Part shown: positions 49,235 to 59,740 of the stretch, piece after piece | Layout: each line of letters begins with the position of its first letter | Numbering within the stretch: position 1 is the first letter of the stretch | Source: Deferrisomatales bacterium | GTDB taxonomy: Bacteria > Desulfobacterota > Deferrisomatia > Deferrisomatales > JACRMM01 | Assembly: GCA_033551855.1 (NCBI GenBank) | Contig: JAWSUI010000006.1 | Span: forward strand, 58,788 to 122,787 | DNA length: 64,000 bases | Direction of reading: 5' to 3' | Made by a program: the position numbers and the translations under genes | The notes under the pieces: model-generated | Databases searched by the model: none | What the model was told of the DNA's origin: nothing | The model's input: only the letters and a program-made list of their open reading frames with translations

Positions 49235-51307
49235 TCATGGGTTCTCCTTGATTTTTTCGACCAGGGCCAGCGCTCGTTGGCACACGTTCTCCACGCCGAA
49301 TCCATATTCGCGCAGCATGACCGGCCCCGGCGCCGACGCGCCGAAGCGATCCACGCCCAACACGTCTCCCCGGTCTCCCACGTAGCGATGCCACCCCTGC
49401 GTCACCCCCGCCTCGATCGCGAGCCGCGCCGGGATGGAGGGCGGCAACACCGCGTCGCGATACGCCTGGGATTGGCCCTCGAACAGTTCCCAGCTCGGCA
49501 TGGAGACGAGGCGCACCGCCACGCGCTCTCCCCGTAGACGTTCCGCCGCGGCCACGATCAGTCCGACCTCGGAGCCGCTAGCGATCAGGATCAGCGCGGG
49601 CTTGCCGTCCGCCGCATCGGACAGCACGTACGCCCCGCGGCGCAGGTCGTCCGCCGGCGCATAGCGGCGGCGATCGAGCGTGGGCAGGTCCTGCCGGCTC
49701 AGCACCAGCACCACCGGGCGAGCGCGCGTCTCCAGCGCGACCCGCCAGGCGACCGCGGTTTCGTTGGCGTCGCCGGGGCGGATCACGGTCAGGTTCGGAA
49801 TCGCACGCAGCGCGGCCAGCTGCTCCACCGGCTGGTGGGTGGGACCGTCTTCGCCTAGCGCGATGCTGTCGTGGGTGAACACGTGCACGAGGTGCAGCCC
49901 CATCAGCGCGGCCAGCCGGAGCGGCGGACGCATGTAATCGGAAAAAATCAGGAAGGTCGCGCCGTAGGGAAGAGTTGCGCCGTGCGCCGCCAGACCGTTG
50001 ACGATCGCGCCCATCGCATGCTCGCGCACGCCGAAGTGCAGGTTGCGTCCGGCATGACTCCAGCCATCACCATCGGAGCCCTGGGTATCGTTGTTCGCAC
50101 CCGCCGGGGGATTGAAATCCCCAAGGTCTTTCAGCGCGGTCTTGGTCGACGGATCCAGATCCGCCGAACCGCCGGTCAGCGCCGGCAGCCGCGGCGCGAT
50201 CGCATTCATCACCTGGCCCGAAGCGACGCGCGTGGCGATGCCCTTGGCGTCGGCGGGAAACACGGGAATGTCCGCGTCCCAGTCCGGTGGCAGCTCGCCG
50301 CGCAGGCTGCGCCGCAGTTCCTCGGCCAGGTCGGGGAAGGCCTGCGCGTAGAGTGTCATGCGCGCGTTCCACGCCGCCTCGTCGCGCGCGCCGCGTTCGA
50401 CGGCGACGGCCTCGCGAAAATGCGCCAGCGCCGCTTCGGGAATCAGAAACGGCGGCTCGGTCGGCCAGCCGAGGTTCTGCTTGGTCAGGCGCACCTCGTC
50501 GACGCCAAGCGGCGAGCCGTGCGCCTCGAAGCTGTCGTGCTTGTTGGGGGAGCCGTAGCCGATGTGGGTGCGCGCCAGGATCAGCGAGGGCCGCGCCGTT
50601 TCCGCGCGCGCGGCCCGCAGCGCGGCGTCGATCGCGGCGAGGTCGTTGCCGTCCGCGACCGGCAGCGTGTGCCAGCCATAGGCCTCGAAGCGGCGCGCGC
50701 GATCCTCCGAGAACGCGATGTCGGTGGCGGCGGCCAGCGTCACGCGGTTGTCGTCGTACAGACAGGTCAGCTTGCCGAGCTCGAGATGCCCGGCCAGCGA
50801 GGCCGCCTCGGAGGCCACCCCCTCCATCAGGTCGCCGTCGCTGACGAGCGCATAGGTGGCGTGGTCGATCACCTCGAAACCGGGGCGGTTGTAGCGCGCC
50901 GCCAGCTGCGCCTCGGCGATGGCCATGCCGACCGCGTTGGCGAGGCCCTGTCCGAGCGGCCCGGTGGTTGTCTCCACGCCCGGCGTGTGTCCACGTTCCG
51001 GATGTCCAGGGGTCTTGCTGCCCCACTGGCGGAACTGCTTGATGTCGTCCAGCGAGAGCGCGTAACCGGTCAGGTGCAGCAGGCTGTAGAGCAACATCGA
51101 CCCGTGTCCGGCCGAGAGCACGAAGCGGTCGCGATCGAACCAGTCCGGATTACGCGGATTGTGCTTGAGCAGGCGTGTCCACAGCACATAAGCCATCGCG
51201 GCAGCACCGAGCGGCAGGCCCGGATGCCCGCTGTTCGCCTGTTGCACGGCGTCCACCGACAGAAACCGCACCGTGTTGATGCAAAGCTGATCGAGCGGGT
51301 CGGACAT
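49235..51307 (-). CDS. tkt: Transketolase
   Basis: [58 protein letters not shown]. Confidence 0.95.
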   Translation of the reverse strand: MSDPLDQLCINTVRFLSVDAVQQANSGHPGLPLGAAAMAYVLWTRLLKHNPRNPDWFDRDRFVLSAGHGSMLLYSLLHLTGYALSLDDIKQFRQWGSKTPGHPERGHTPGVETTTGPLGQGLANAVGMAIAEAQLAARYNRPGFEVIDHATYALVSDGDLMEGVASEAASLAGHLELGKLTCLYDDNRVTLAAATDIAFSEDRARRFEAYGWHTLPVADGNDLAAIDAALRAARAETARPSLILARTHIGYGSPNKHDSFEAHGSPLGVDEVRLTKQNLGWPTEPPFLIPEAALAHFREAVAVERGARDEAAWNARMTLYAQAFPDLAEELRRSLRGELPPDWDADIPVFPADAKGIATRVASGQVMNAIAPRLPALTGGSADLDPSTKTALKDLGDFNPPAGANNDTQGSDGDGWSHAGRNLHFGVREHAMGAIVNGLAAHGATLPYGATFLIFSDYMRPPLRLAALMGLHLVHVFTHDSIALGEDGPTHQPVEQLAALRAIPNLTVIRPGDANETAVAWRVALETRARPVVLVLSRQDLPTLDRRRYAPADDLRRGAYVLSDAADGKPALILIASGSEVGLIVAAAERLRGERVAVRLVSMPSWELFEGQSQAYRDAVLPPSIPARLAIEAGVTQGWHRYVGDRGDVLGVDRFGASAPGPVMLREYGFGVENVCQRALALVEKIKENP

Positions 51308-51336
51308 GGTCACTCCGACTATGTGTGCAACGCGCG

Positions 51337-52983
51337 TCAACGATCCGACAGCGCGCGGTCGACGATGGCCTGCGCCTCGCGCAGGATGTCGCGCAGATGG
51401 TCTTCGCCGCGGAAACTCTCCGCGTAGATTTTGTAAATGTCCTCCGTGCCGGACGGCCGTGCGGCGAACCAGCCGCTGGCGGCGACCACCTTGATGCCGC
51501 CGATCGGCGCGTCGTTACCCGGCGCGCGGTCGAGTACGCGGTCGATCTTCTCGTCGCCCAGTTGCGTGATCCGCACCTGTGGTGGCGAAAGCTTTGACAG
51601 CATCTCTTTTTGGGCCGGCGTGGCGGGCGCCTCGACCCGGTCGTTGGCTGGCTCGCCAAACTCGCGCGTCAGCTCGCGGTAGAGCTCGCCGGGATCGCGG
51701 CCCATGCGCGCCGTGATTTCGGCGGCAAGCAACGCCGGGACGATGCCGTCTTTATCCGTCGTCCAGACGCTGCCATCCAGACGGATAAAAGATGCACCCG
51801 CACTCTCTTCCGCGCCGAAGCCAAGCGAGCCGTCCAGCAAGCCATCGACAAACCACTTGAAACCGACCGGCACCTCGTAGAGCTTCCGGCCCAGCTTCGC
51901 CGTGACGCGATCGATCATTTGGCTGCTGACTACCGTCTTGCCAACCGCCGCATCCTCGTTCCACTTCGGTCGATGCTGGAAGAGGTAGAAGATGACGACG
52001 GAAAGGTAATGGTTGGGCGGCAGCAACCCCGCGCCCCTGGTGACGACCCCATGCCGATCATGGTCGGTGTCGCAGGCAAAGGCGATGTCGAAGCGATCCT
52101 TGAGGTCGATCAAGCTCTGCATTGCATAAGACGAGGACGGATCCATGCGAATGCGGCCGTCCCAGTCGACCGTCATGAACCGGAAGGTCGGATCGACGAC
52201 TTCGTTCACGACGGTGAGATTCAAACCATAGCGCTCGGCAATCGCGGCCCAGTAGTGGACGCCCGCGCCGCCGAGCGGGTCCACGCCCATGCTGATGTTC
52301 GCGCCGCGAATCGGCTCCATGTCGATCACCTTGTCGAGATCGCTCACGTACGCGTTGAGATAGTCGTGCCGGTGCGTGGTGGCGGCGCGCAACGCCTGCT
52401 CGAAAGGGATTCGTTTCACACCCTGGAGGCCGTCTTTCAGAAACGCATTGGCCCGGGCTTCGATCCATACCGTGACATCCTTATCCGCCGGCCCGCCGTT
52501 GGGCGGGTTGTACTTGAAACCGCCGCTGTCCGGTGGATTGTGCGACGGCGTGATGACAATACCATCCGCCAGCCCGGTAGCGCGGCCACGGTTGTAGGTG
52601 AGAATTGCGTGTGAAACCGCAGGCGTGGGCGTGTACTCGTCCTTATCCGCTAGCATCACTTCGACACCGTTGGCCGCCAGCACTTCGAGCGCGCTGGCAC
52701 AAGCCGGCACCGACAGCGCGTGCGTGTCGATGCCGAGAAACAGCGGGCCGCCGATGCCCTGCCGCTTGCGGTAATCGCAAATGGCCTGACTGATGGCGAG
52801 AACATGCCATTCGTTGAAAGTACGTTCGAAGGCGGAGCCACGATGGCCCGAGGTGCCGAACGCGACTCGCTGCGCCTGCACTGAAGAATCAGGGACGTCG
52901 GTGTAGTAGGCCGTAACAAGCCTGGGTACATCGACCAGCATTGCCGGCGTGGCCGGCTTGCCTGCCAGCGGACTTACGTTCAT
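51337..52983 (-). CDS. pgm: Phosphoglucomutase
   Basis: [39 protein letters not shown]. Confidence 0.95.
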   Translation of the reverse strand: MNVSPLAGKPATPAMLVDVPRLVTAYYTDVPDSSVQAQRVAFGTSGHRGSAFERTFNEWHVLAISQAICDYRKRQGIGGPLFLGIDTHALSVPACASALEVLAANGVEVMLADKDEYTPTPAVSHAILTYNRGRATGLADGIVITPSHNPPDSGGFKYNPPNGGPADKDVTVWIEARANAFLKDGLQGVKRIPFEQALRAATTHRHDYLNAYVSDLDKVIDMEPIRGANISMGVDPLGGAGVHYWAAIAERYGLNLTVVNEVVDPTFRFMTVDWDGRIRMDPSSSYAMQSLIDLKDRFDIAFACDTDHDRHGVVTRGAGLLPPNHYLSVVIFYLFQHRPKWNEDAAVGKTVVSSQMIDRVTAKLGRKLYEVPVGFKWFVDGLLDGSLGFGAEESAGASFIRLDGSVWTTDKDGIVPALLAAEITARMGRDPGELYRELTREFGEPANDRVEAPATPAQKEMLSKLSPPQVRITQLGDEKIDRVLDRAPGNDAPIGGIKVVAASGWFAARPSGTEDIYKIYAESFRGEDHLRDILREAQAIVDRALSDR

Positions 52984-53445
52984 GAACGTCCATTCCTGAG
53001 TCGGCGGTAACGCCGGATGAGTGCGTTGGTCGAGCTGTCGTGCTCGAGCTGCGGTTCGTCCGTGCTTTCAAGCTCGGGGATCTTGCGCTCCGCCAGCACC
53101 TTGCCCAACTCGACGCCCCATTGATCGAACGAATCGATATGCCAGATGGTCCCTTGCGTGAAGACGCTGTGTTCGTAAAGCGCGACCAGCAGCCCCAGCG
53201 TCTCCGGCGTCAGACGCTCGGCGAGCAGGGTGTTGGTCGGGCGATTGCCTTCGAAGACCCGGTGCGGCGCGAGCCACTCGGGCGTCCCCCCGGCCTTGAC
53301 CTCATCTTCGGTCTTGCCGAACGCCAGCGCCTCGGTCTGCGCAAACAGATTCGACATCAGCAGATCGTGATGCCTGGCTGGCGGATTCAACGGCTGGCAA
53401 AAGCCGATGAAGTCGCACGGGACCAGCCTTGTTCCCTCGTGGATG
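52980..53445 (-). pseudogene. pgi: Glucose-6-phosphate isomerase C-terminal relic
   Basis: [13 protein letters not shown]...[12 protein letters not shown]...FEGNRP...YEH...[11 protein letters not shown]...HDSST; first ~390 aa missing. Confidence 0.88.
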
Positions 53446-53502
53446 CCCAGGCGGCCTCAACGGCGTCTTCGCGGGTGAAGAACGCGCCGTTGCCGGTTAT
53501 GC
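53446..53502 (-). pseudogene. Tiny glucose-6-phosphate dehydrogenase (Zwf) C-terminal relic
   Basis: Manual translation [18 protein letters not shown] matches the Zwf G....F.R.D.VE.AW motif. Confidence 0.55.
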
Positions 53503-53507
53503 CGCCG

Positions 53508-53654
53508 CAAGAGCAGCAACGTGACGCTCTCCGCATGCTTCGAGTAAAGCGCAAAGTTGCATGCGCCCTCTTCTTCTATCCGAGTCCGGCCCAGGGGGAA
53601 CGGCAGCCCTTCCGTAGCCGATCACCGAGATGATGCTGTCTCTGGTAATGTCAT
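53508..53654 (-). pseudogene. Glycogen debranching enzyme/isoamylase (GlgX) N-terminal relic
   Basis: GGAG RBS; MTLPETASSR*SATEGLPFPLGRTRIEEEGACNFALYSKHAESVTLLL with in-frame stop; G.P.PLG...NFALYS.HA..V.L.L motif. Confidence 0.7.
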
Positions 53655-53696
53655 GTTTGCTCCGATGTCATTTTCTCTATCGACAAAGGCTTACTC

Positions 53697-54722
53697 TCAT
53701 TCGTTCTCCATCGCGGCTGTATATTTGCCTTGCGAAGCCGCGCTATTTAAATGCGCTCGCTTGTATAGCTCTTGCTGCGCAATCGACTTGTTCGCGGCCT
53801 CGCCGCGCCAAGCCTGCAGCACGGATGCCTGCAACGCGCGCCCGTATGAAAAGCTCAAGACCCACGGCTGCTTCTCGACAGTGGTGTTCAAGGCATGGAG
53901 GTTGGCGGTGGCCGTTGCCTCGCTCTGACCACCGGAAAGGAAGTTGATCCCGGGCACAGCTGCTGGCACCGTGTGCCGTAGGCAGACAAGCGTTGCTTGT
54001 GCCACCTGTTGCGGCGTAGCGGGCTCCGGGCAAGCGCGGCCAGGCTCGACCATGTTGGGTTTCAAAATCATGTACTCCAGTGCAACGCGTTGAAGGTGCA
54101 GCGCGTGAAATACCGCATGCAAGACTTCCTCTGTGACGCGTGCGGAAGTCGCGAGCGTGTGATCGCCGTCCATTAATACCTCGGGCTCGACGATAGGTAC
54201 CAACGCTTGTTCTTGACAAATGGCCGCGTAGCGCGCCAGCGCATGCGCATTGCTGGCAATCGCCTGCGGCGTTGGGATGCCTGTGCCGATGTGAATCACC
54301 GCGCGCCATTTGGCGAAACGCGCACCCATCTGTTTGTATTCGCTCAGCCGCTGCGCCAGACCGTCCAAGCCCTGCGTCACCGTCTCACCGGGAAATTCAG
54401 ACAGCAGCACCGTGCCTTTATCTACCTTGATGCCGGGCACGATACCCTGTGATTTCAGTAACTCCGGCAAGGGCACGCCTGCGGCACTTTTCTGTTTGAG
54501 GGTCTCCTCGAACAGGATGACGCCGCTAATAAAACCACCGAGACCGGGTGTGGAAAATAACAGCTCGCGGTAATCGCGCCGGGCTTCCTCCGTGGTCGTT
54601 ATATTCACCGTTTTGAGCCGCTTTTCAATGGTGCCCGTGCTCTCATCGGCTGCAAGAATTCCTTTACCCGGCGCCGTTAGCGCGGCTACCGTCTTTGCCA
54701 TCTCTTGTGTGGATATCGACAT
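53697..54722 (-). CDS. Class I fructose-bisphosphate aldolase
   Basis: GKGILAADES, GVILFEET, GIKVDKG, FAKWR, VPIVEPE, LKPNMV, FLSGGQ, FSYGRALQ. Confidence 0.95.
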   Translation of the reverse strand: MSISTQEMAKTVAALTAPGKGILAADESTGTIEKRLKTVNITTTEEARRDYRELLFSTPGLGGFISGVILFEETLKQKSAAGVPLPELLKSQGIVPGIKVDKGTVLLSEFPGETVTQGLDGLAQRLSEYKQMGARFAKWRAVIHIGTGIPTPQAIASNAHALARYAAICQEQALVPIVEPEVLMDGDHTLATSARVTEEVLHAVFHALHLQRVALEYMILKPNMVEPGRACPEPATPQQVAQATLVCLRHTVPAAVPGINFLSGGQSEATATANLHALNTTVEKQPWVLSFSYGRALQASVLQAWRGEAANKSIAQQELYKRAHLNSAASQGKYTAAMENE

Positions 54723-54769
54723 AAAACCTCCATCGGTTATTACCCATCCGATAGTTTGAACTGCGGCGC

Positions 54770-55360
54770 TTACGCGTGTCGCGCTTCGTTGAGCTGGCGG
54801 ATAACTGGCTCATCCAAATCATGGTCATAACCCAATACACTCAAGGAAGCCGTCTCCAGATGCAATCGGCGGGCTTCCAGAGCAGGCAGTGCAATCCAAC
54901 GCGCAATGAGGATGCGCAATATGTCCCGGTGCGCGAAGACGAGCACATCGCCCTCCAGCGCACGAACCCGGGTAATAATCCGGTCCGCGCGCATACTCAC
55001 CTCCACCAGCGTTTCCCCGCCGGGGCAACCGTCCTCGAACAAACGCCAGCCGGGGCGCTCGGCCCGGATGTCTGACGTGCGCCGGCCTTCGTACGCGCCG
55101 TAGTCCCATTCCAGCAGATCGGGATCGGCCTGCGCGCGCTCGGCAAAGCCCGCCAGCTCACCAGTCCGCAGTGCCCGTTGCAGCGGGCTGGTGAGCACTT
55201 TGGTGAAGCTCATGCCCCTCAGCCGCGCGCTCAACGCTTGCGCCTCGCGTTCGCCCCGCTCGGTAAGTGGAATGTCAGCACGGCCGGTGGCCTGTCTGCT
55301 GATCGTCCAAGCGGTCTCGCCGTGGCGAACCAGATACACCTGCGGAAGTACGCCGCTCAT
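54770..55360 (-). CDS. Histidine phosphatase family protein (paralog of 45831-46436)
   Basis: [26 protein letters not shown]. Confidence 0.9.
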   Translation of the reverse strand: MSGVLPQVYLVRHGETAWTISRQATGRADIPLTERGEREAQALSARLRGMSFTKVLTSPLQRALRTGELAGFAERAQADPDLLEWDYGAYEGRRTSDIRAERPGWRLFEDGCPGGETLVEVSMRADRIITRVRALEGDVLVFAHRDILRILIARWIALPALEARRLHLETASLSVLGYDHDLDEPVIRQLNEARHA

Positions 55361-55701
55361 TTGCGCGAGGGGCCTGTCTTCCCCGTTTCCCTGGCGCCCC
55401 ATTTCCAATCCCGGATTTCCGGCATGTCCTCACCGTGTTGCCGGATGTAGCGCTGGTGGTCGATCAATTTGTCTCGAATGATCTGGGTGAGATAAGCAGA
55501 GCGCGGGCCCAAACTCGACACCCGACCGACGACGTCTTTGACTAAATGAAAGCGGTCCATGTCATTGCGCACCGCCATGCCGCAGGGCGTGGTGGTGGTT
55601 CCTTCTTTCTTGTAACCGCGAACGTGCAGGTTGTGATGGTTGGTTCGCGGGGACGTCAGTTGATGGATCAGCGAAACAATTATTTCAGAGGATTTATTCA
55701 T
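55357..55701 (-). pseudogene. Phosphoketolase relic (start codons joined to last ~100 aa)
   Basis: [27 protein letters not shown]...[11 protein letters not shown]...[10 protein letters not shown] matches the C-terminus of the intact Xfp. Confidence 0.88.
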
Positions 55702-56180
55702 GATTTTGTTTCCTTGTTTTCCAGCTCCGCCACTTTGGCCAGACGGCGACGATGCCGCTCGGCACCGCTGAATCGCGCGGCGAGAAATGTTTGAATCAAT
55801 TCCCAAGCAAGTGCGTGGCCGACTACGAGCCCCCCGAGGCAGATCATGTTCAGATCGTCGTCCTCGACGCCTTGGTGCGCCGAAAAGGTTTCATGGATCA
55901 GGCACGCCCGCACGCCAGGCACTTTGTTGGCGACGACGGACGCACCGACGCCACTGCCGCAGATGGCGACGCCGCGATCCACCTCCCCGCGCGCGACGGC
56001 ACGGGCCAAAGGCACAACAAAATCCGGATAATCATCGTCCGACGTCGGCGGGCGGTCGCCAAAGGCAATGACTTCGTAGCCGGCTTCGCCCAACATCCTG
56101 GCCAGTTGTTCCTTCAAGTCATAACCTCCGTGGTCGGCGGCGACCCCGATGCGTTTCGGTGTCCTTGGCAACACTGTCAT
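55698..56180 (-). CDS. rpiB: Ribose-5-phosphate isomerase B family
   Basis: [32 protein letters not shown]. Confidence 0.9.
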   Translation of the reverse strand: MTVLPRTPKRIGVAADHGGYDLKEQLARMLGEAGYEVIAFGDRPPTSDDDYPDFVVPLARAVARGEVDRGVAICGSGVGASVVANKVPGVRACLIHETFSAHQGVEDDDLNMICLGGLVVGHALAWELIQTFLAARFSGAERHRRRLAKVAELENKETKS

Positions 56181-56359
56181 GGCGCGGCTCCCTAAATAAA
56201 TACCATTTCGACTTTCAATTTTTTAGCCTTCCCCTCTTCAATCTTGTCAATCGGACTTCCAAGCCTGGCGTCCTTGAATCAACGAGAAGCTCTGCGCAAC
56301 AGAGAAACAGCTCCAAAATCGTTTTTTGTTGTCGTGGTCGCCTCCTTCATCACAAGCGA

Positions 56360-56555
56360 GTCTGGCCTCGCGCAGTAGACCCGTGTGTCGGGAAACTTGC
56401 GCAGTCGCTATCCCGCTCCCAGGAGTCGCTCGATCAGATAGGGCAGAACGCAGAAGCACGACGCCAAAGCCGACCGACACCATGAAAACGGCGAGCATGA
56501 GCGTGGCCATAGTGGACGCGGGAACGCTCGCTGGGAGCTCGGTGTTTATCCTCAC
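56360..56555 (-). pseudogene. MFS transporter N-terminal relic (frameshifted)
   Basis: MLAVFMVSVGFGVVL / LPYLIERLLGAG in a second frame / VSRHTGLL, then similarity is lost. Confidence 0.6.
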
Positions 56556-56575
56556 GCGGCTTCTTTCCTATCGGG

Positions 56576-56779
56576 TTACGGGTTTGCCGGCGCCGCAGGC
56601 GCCTCATCTGGCTTCGGCTTGGCTGCCGCGTCGGGCGTCCTGGACGCCGCCGTCTTGCCAGGCTGACGGATGCCTGCCAGCTTGGTGCGCTTCAGAAGTA
56701 GCGCATTGATCGCCACAATCAGAGTGCTGCCGGACATCGACAGCGCCGCCACCTCCGGACTCAGCACGAAGGGGTACAG
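56576..56779 (-). pseudogene. Heavy-metal P1B ATPase C-terminal relic
   Basis: LYPFVLSPEVAALSMSGSTLIVAINALLLK is the last-helix motif; compare MSASTVIVAINARLL in the intact ATPase. Confidence 0.75.
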
Positions 56780-57185
56780 GACGCACCAGCCCGTAGAGCC
56801 GGTCTGTGACGAGCCGGTTTTCCTGCCGGGCGCGGTGCAGCTCGCGCCATCCCTCGATGAATACCCCGATGCCGGCGAACAGGAGCACGTAGCCGAGGAT
56901 CATCGCGATCATCATGCCCGTCTCACCGAACCCCAGCAGCGTGGACCAGAGGTTGGCGTTGAGGTTAGTCTGATCAAGACCGAAGAACCGCACGAGCAGG
57001 TAGATGGTGAGGGGAAAGCCATACATCTCCGCATAAAGAGCAATGATGAAGGCTTGGATCACGCCGGCACTCGCCCACTCCCTCCACGTCTTGGGCGCGA
57101 GGTAGCGGTATAAAACCCACGAGGCAATAACGATCACGATCAGGGCGATGCCCCAAGCTCCGGAGTGTGCAATGTGTTCGTTCAT
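56780..57185 (-). pseudogene. Isoprenylcysteine carboxyl methyltransferase/PEMT-family membrane protein, 3'-truncated
   Basis: AFIIALYAEMYGFPLTIY...LVTDRLYGLVR breaks just before the expected HPQY motif. Confidence 0.75.
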
Positions 57186-57293
57186 GGTCTTGTTTCTTGC
57201 TTTGCGGTTGTTGTTGTCACTGTGTTTTGATTCCGGCGTTCATGTCGTTTAGAGTTAAGCGAAAAGTCTTGTTTCCGTTCCTCAACAGAGTGA

Positions 57294-59450
57294 TCATTTT
57301 TTGGTTTCAGACTGAGGCTCGGCCTTCAATCTCAGCAGTCGCGCGTTGATGGCCACAATCACCGTGCTCGCGGACATCAGCACCGCGCCCAGCGCAGGAG
57401 TGAGCAGCACGCCCCATGCGTAGAGCGCTCCGGCCGCTAGCGGAAGAGCGACGACGTTGTAGCCCGTCGCCCAGAGCAGGTTCTGGATCATCTTTCGGTA
57501 CGTCGCGCGGGAGAGCCTCAGGATGGCGACGACATCCAGCGGATTGCTCCGCACAAGAATCACGTCGGCGGTCTCTACCGCCACATCGGAGCCGGCTCCG
57601 ATCGCGATGCCCAAGTCAGCCTGCGCCAGCGCCGGGGCATCGTTCACGCCGTCGCCCGTCATGGCCACCAGGTCGCCCCGAGCTTGGACTTCCTTCACCT
57701 TGGCGGCTTTGTCCTTGGGCAGGACTTCAGCGAAATATTCATCCAGCCCGACCTGCTCCGAGACCCACTTTGCCGTCGCCTTGTTGTCGCCGGTGAGCAT
57801 CAGGCAGCGGATGTCGAGTGCCTTGAGGGCCGCGATGGCCTGCTTCGCCTCGGGTCGAATGATGTCGGCGAGCGCAAGTGCCCCTTTCAACTTCCCGTCC
57901 ACGAGGACGAACACGACCGTCTTGCCTTGCGCTTGCAGGGGTTCGACGCGCGGGTCGCTGAGCGCGATGTTCTGGTCGCGCACGTAGCCGGGACTCACGA
58001 CCTTGATGTCCTTGCCCTCGACCCGGCCCTCGGCCCCCTTGCCCGTGATGCTCTTGAAGCCTTCGACGGGCAGCTTCTTTTCCGAAGCGGCGGCGATGGC
58101 CTTGGCGATGGGATGCTCGGAGCTCGCATCCACGGAGGCCGCGTAGGTGCGCAGCGCTTCTTCGGTGATGTCTTCGCCCAGGATCAGCGTGTCCGTCACC
58201 CCAAATCGGCCCTCGGTCAGCGTGCCGGTCTTGTCGAAAATGATGGCCCGCAGTTTGCGGGCACCCTCGAAAGCGACCCGATTGCGAATGAGCAGCCCGT
58301 TTTTTGCGGCCAACGCCGTGGAGACAGCCACCACTAGCGGCACGGCAAGACCCAGGGCATGCGGGCAGGCGATGACCATCACGGTCACGGCGCGTTCGAT
58401 GGCGAACGCGAGATCCTTGCCCGTGAGAACCAGCCAGATCACGAAGGTGAGAACGCCGCCCCCTAAGGCCACGACGGTGAGCCACATCGCGGCGGTGTTG
58501 GCGAGGTCCTGGGTCTTCGATTTGCTTTCCTGGGCCTGCTTGACGAGATCGATGACCTGCGACAAGAACGAGTCCTTGCCGGTGCCCTTGACCTCGATGG
58601 TCAATGAACCTTCCCCGTTGATGGCCCCGCCAATGACCTTGCCGCCGGTCGTCTTGGCGACGGGGGTCGATTCACCGGTCAGCATGGCCTCGTCGACCGA
58701 GCTTTCGCCCTCAACGATGACACCGTCCGCAGGAATTTTCTCGCCGGGTTTGATCAGGACTTTGTCATCCACCGCCAGCTCGCCAAGGGGCACGTCCTTC
58801 ACGCTGCCGTCCGGCATGAGCTTGTGGGCGTCGGAGGGCATGAGTTTGGCCAGCTCCTCCAGCGCCCGCGAAGCGCCCATCACGGACTTCATCTCGATCC
58901 AGTGCCCGAGCAGCATGATGTCGATCAAGGAGACCAGCTCCCAGAAGAACATCTTGCCGGTCAGCCCGAACACCACCGCGCTGCTGTAGAGGTACGCGGT
59001 GGCGATGGCGACGGAGATGAGCGTCTTCATCCCGGGCCGGCGGGCTTTGAGCTCCTCGAGAAAGCCCTTGAGAAACGGCCAGCCGCCATACCCGAAGACC
59101 GCCGAGGAGAGACCGAACAGCACGTAGATGTCGCCGGGGAAACGGATGGCCTCTCGCAGGCCTACCAGTGATTGGAGCATCGGCGAGAGCGCGAGAATCG
59201 GCAGGGTCAAGACCAGCGAGATCCAGAATCGCTTTCGGAAGTCCGCCGCCATGTGGGCATGATGGTCCTGTTGCTCAGGAGGGTCGGAGCCGGCATGCTT
59301 CAATTGAGCTTCTGCCGCCAACCAGTTCTGGTCGGCATGCCCTTGCGGACGACCTTCCTTCTCATAGATGGCGTAGGCTTTCCTGGCCACTTCGTCCTGC
59401 GCCGGCTTGGATTCGGGTTTATTCGGGGTTGCGTGTTCGTGTTCTTTCAC
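57294..59450 (-). CDS. Copper-translocating P1B ATPase (CopB-like, CPH) with N-terminal DUF2934-like domain
   Basis: GAGGAGG RBS, GTG start; LTGES, IACPHALG, DKTGTLT, SEHP, GDGVNDAP, YN, MSAST. Confidence 0.92.
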   Translation of the reverse strand: MKEHEHATPNKPESKPAQDEVARKAYAIYEKEGRPQGHADQNWLAAEAQLKHAGSDPPEQQDHHAHMAADFRKRFWISLVLTLPILALSPMLQSLVGLREAIRFPGDIYVLFGLSSAVFGYGGWPFLKGFLEELKARRPGMKTLISVAIATAYLYSSAVVFGLTGKMFFWELVSLIDIMLLGHWIEMKSVMGASRALEELAKLMPSDAHKLMPDGSVKDVPLGELAVDDKVLIKPGEKIPADGVIVEGESSVDEAMLTGESTPVAKTTGGKVIGGAINGEGSLTIEVKGTGKDSFLSQVIDLVKQAQESKSKTQDLANTAAMWLTVVALGGGVLTFVIWLVLTGKDLAFAIERAVTVMVIACPHALGLAVPLVVAVSTALAAKNGLLIRNRVAFEGARKLRAIIFDKTGTLTEGRFGVTDTLILGEDITEEALRTYAASVDASSEHPIAKAIAAASEKKLPVEGFKSITGKGAEGRVEGKDIKVVSPGYVRDQNIALSDPRVEPLQAQGKTVVFVLVDGKLKGALALADIIRPEAKQAIAALKALDIRCLMLTGDNKATAKWVSEQVGLDEYFAEVLPKDKAAKVKEVQARGDLVAMTGDGVNDAPALAQADLGIAIGAGSDVAVETADVILVRSNPLDVVAILRLSRATYRKMIQNLLWATGYNVVALPLAAGALYAWGVLLTPALGAVLMSASTVIVAINARLLRLKAEPQSETKK

Positions 59451-59461
59451 CTGGGACCTCC

Positions 59462-59740
59462 TCACCGCTTTCCGGCCCTTGCCTCGTCGTTCAATCGAAA
59501 GACACGCGTAGTACCGCTGACGAATTCGCAGACCTCGCCGTCGACGTGGCGCGGGTAGTCGGTCTCGATATCAAAAGGCACGAACGGCGTGCCTGCCTTG
59601 GTGGCGCGCGGCTCGAGAAAGCCGTCGAAGAGCTTCTTCCAGGCCGCCGCATGCACGCTCGCCGTCCTGGTCAGCACGCCGTCGAGATCGAACAGCACGG
59701 CGTCGTAGTCCCTGGGGGAGAGGGTAATGACGACGTTCAT
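59462..59740 (-). pseudogene. Beta-phosphoglucomutase-family HAD hydrolase relic (internally deleted)
   Basis: AVLFDLDGVLT.TA.VHAAAWK.LFD...DY..HVDG, then an unrelated short tail; only 92 aa. Confidence 0.8.
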
